From UHGV virus genome UHGV-0071094: 31,554 nt of DNA; one strand, written 5' to 3'. Of this stretch, positions 29,835 to 31,554 are shown in pieces. Each line of letters starts with the position of its first letter. The first letter of the stretch is position 1. The DNA comes from a virus. A program made the translations under genes and the position numbers. The notes beneath the pieces were generated by a model. It saw only the letters and a list, made by a program, of their open reading frames with translations. It was not told the DNA's origin and ran no database searches.

Positions 29835-30193
29835 TTCGCATCCCTAAATACAATGAACTTTGAATAGACGAAACCGCACACCAGGCTGATGGCGGAGAAT
29901 GTAACAAGAGTGACAATTGGAGGAAGTGAACATCTATCAGCAGCCCATCCAACAGTAGCGCTCAGTGTTCCCATGAACCCGACATATAACATGTAGCGCA
30001 TCGTTGTAGTCGTTGCCTTGAATGTGAATTTTGCATTCGCGAAGAAGCTAAAGCTCACAGCCACAACGAAACCTGCGAAGTTTGCAAGAGCCTGGTTTGT
30101 ATGCGCTGCATAGATACATACACCAAAAACCACCCAGTGTATAAGTGTGTTTAGCACACCAATCGAGGTGTACTTTGCAAATAGCTTTAACAT
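29831..30193 (-). CDS. gtrA: GtrA-family flippase-like small membrane protein
   Basis: 120-aa ORF with four hydrophobic segments, immediately upstream of gtrB. Confidence 0.8.
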   Translation of the reverse strand: MLKLFAKYTSIGVLNTLIHWVVFGVCIYAAHTNQALANFAGFVVAVSFSFFANAKFTFKATTTTMRYMLYVGFMGTLSATVGWAADRCSLPPIVTLVTFSAISLVCGFVYSKFIVFRDAK

Positions 30194-30346
30194 TTCTTCT
30201 ATCAGCTAATAATCAAAGGCATGAAGTCTATCATCCAAGTCTCAATCGATCGATGACTTGCTGTGGTTGATGAAACAAAACTTAGACACACAAGGCTTTG
30301 AGCCTTGTTGCAAGGCTTTGTGATATTCGATAGTTGTTAAGGCGGA

Positions 30347-31504
30347 TCACTCCACCTTTTCATCAATCCAGTCCGCCCACCATTGCATCATTTCTCTGCG
30401 CTTATCGAGATACTGAGCATGGTTGTAAATCCCGCGCACAGATCCGCCGTTGGCATGTGCCAGTTGCACTTCAATGGCGTCGGCAGGCCATTCGTGCTCG
30501 TTCATAATCGTGCTGAATTCATGCCTGAATCCGTGACCGCTTTCCAGACCCTCATAGCCGATTCGTTTGATCACAAGTAATACCGCGTTCTCGCAGATTG
30601 GCTTCTTCTTATCGTTACGCCCGGCAAAAACAAACTCTGATACTGGTTTGGTGATGGAGCTTAACGTAGTGAGAAGTTCAACCACCTGGTCCGACATCGG
30701 GACCACATGAATCTTGCGTCCCTTCATCACACTGGCGTCGATAGTGATAATCCTGTTTTCAAAATCGACGTTATTCCATAGCATAGAACGAAGCTCTTTC
30801 GTTCTTAGGGCTGTGTAGCGTAAAACTTTGGTCGCAATGAGCGATACGATACTACCTGAAAATGTTGCCAGTGCTTTATTGAATGCCGGGATCTGGTCTG
30901 CAGGAAGAAACGGGAAGTTCTTCTTGCGGTATCCCTTCATGGCGTCAGCAAGGTCAGGTGCCGGGTTATATTTAGCCCTGCCGGTGACAATAGCGTAACG
31001 GAAAACCTCGCCGCATCTTCTGCGTGCTTTGTTGGCTCGCTCCATTGCACCGCGATCTTCAAATCTGCGGATTACTTCCAGCAGTTGCATCGGCTCAATA
31101 TCCTGAATTTCAAGGCCGCCGATGATAGGTAAAATGTCGTCATCAAACATTTTTGCAAGTTCAGTTGCATAGCCTACTGACCAGACTTGCTTCTTGTGCT
31201 CGTACCATTCCTTGTAAATCGCACTAAAGGAATTGTTGTTAGACGAAGCCTTTTTCGCTTTTACCGGATCGATGCCAACCGAGATGTCTTTCCTCGCAGT
31301 CCATGCTTTATCCCTTGCCTCCTGCAAAGTCATAAGCGGATATTTTCCGACGGTCAGGATTTTCTCCTTACCGTCAATCTTGTAGCGAAGCTGCCATACC
31401 TTTTTCCCGGATACAGGGACATAAAGGTACAGGCCATTACCATCGAGAAGTCGGTATGGTTTTTCTTTCGGCTTTGCTGCTTCAATCTGCTTAACGGTGA
31501 GCAT
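30347..31504 (-). CDS. intS: Prophage tyrosine integrase (IntS/KplE1-like, P4-type)
   Basis: 385-aa from the ATG at 31504 (the ORF track extends to a GTG at 31540); DUF4102-like N-terminus and C-terminal HGFRH...LAH...Y...MMQWWADW motifs; followed by gtrA-gtrB-gtr(type) as in the argW-intS-gtrABS locus of E. coli K-12 as recalled. Confidence 0.85.
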   Translation of the reverse strand: MLTVKQIEAAKPKEKPYRLLDGNGLYLYVPVSGKKVWQLRYKIDGKEKILTVGKYPLMTLQEARDKAWTARKDISVGIDPVKAKKASSNNNSFSAIYKEWYEHKKQVWSVGYATELAKMFDDDILPIIGGLEIQDIEPMQLLEVIRRFEDRGAMERANKARRRCGEVFRYAIVTGRAKYNPAPDLADAMKGYRKKNFPFLPADQIPAFNKALATFSGSIVSLIATKVLRYTALRTKELRSMLWNNVDFENRIITIDASVMKGRKIHVVPMSDQVVELLTTLSSITKPVSEFVFAGRNDKKKPICENAVLLVIKRIGYEGLESGHGFRHEFSTIMNEHEWPADAIEVQLAHANGGSVRGIYNHAQYLDKRREMMQWWADWIDEKVE

Positions 31505-31554
31505 GGGTAAAAATCCGGTGGGTAAAATTATTTTATCCACTTTTTACCCGTCAT

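Larger units (their letters stand above)
13521..31554. mobile_element. Defective P22-like (Sf6/KplE1-type) prophage; its right boundary (attL/tRNA) lies beyond the window end
   Basis: Integrase, gtr cluster, tailspike, immI, ejection and needle genes and an early-left remnant are in canonical order, but no capsid, portal, terminase, lysis, replication or primary repressor genes are present. Confidence 0.7.

Noticed and set aside
30194-30346. Intergenic region between the integrase and gtrA as the phage attachment site
   Set aside because: In the KplE1-type layout the integrase is transcribed away from the tRNA and the att site lies on its 5' side (beyond the window end), so this spacer is more likely the gtr promoter region.
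1-31554. CRISPR arrays, rRNA genes, complete tRNA genes, IS transposases
   Set aside because: No regularly spaced direct repeats, rRNA-like segments, full tRNA structures or transposase ORFs were seen; only tRNA-derived fragments near 13.5-13.8 kb.

Overview
Read from the sequence alone, this window appears to be a tRNA-site accretion zone with two very different halves. Coordinates ~13.5-31.5 kb hold a defective P22-like prophage of the Sf6/KplE1 type. It keeps the integrase (intS-like), gtrA/gtrB plus a type-specific glucosyltransferase, the tailspike, the immI region (mnt, arc, ant with recognisable operators), the ejection and needle genes (gp16, gp20, gp7, gp14, gp26-like, gp10), and an early-left remnant (cIII-like, Kil-like, erf, Ea22-like, TorI/AlpA-like excisionase). 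The whole immunity, replication, lysis and head-morphogenesis block is missing between ~16.1 and ~16.6 kb. The host tRNA is not in the window and presumably lies just beyond the right end. Coordinates 1-13.3 kb are a visibly AT-rich island bounded by a full P4-like integrase and containing two further decayed integrase fragments in the same orientation. Its cargo looks like a defence island: a two-gene ABC-ATPase plus RloB/Toprim module (AbiL/OLD-like), a large serine recombinase operon with two ParB-like proteins, a 535-aa orphan protein next to a secreted peptidoglycan-binding protein, a DUF1508 protein, and a small-protein/membrane-protein pair. No rRNA, complete tRNA, CRISPR array or IS transposase was recognised. 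All homology statements rest on reading the translated ORFs and on recalled family features; none was checked against a database.
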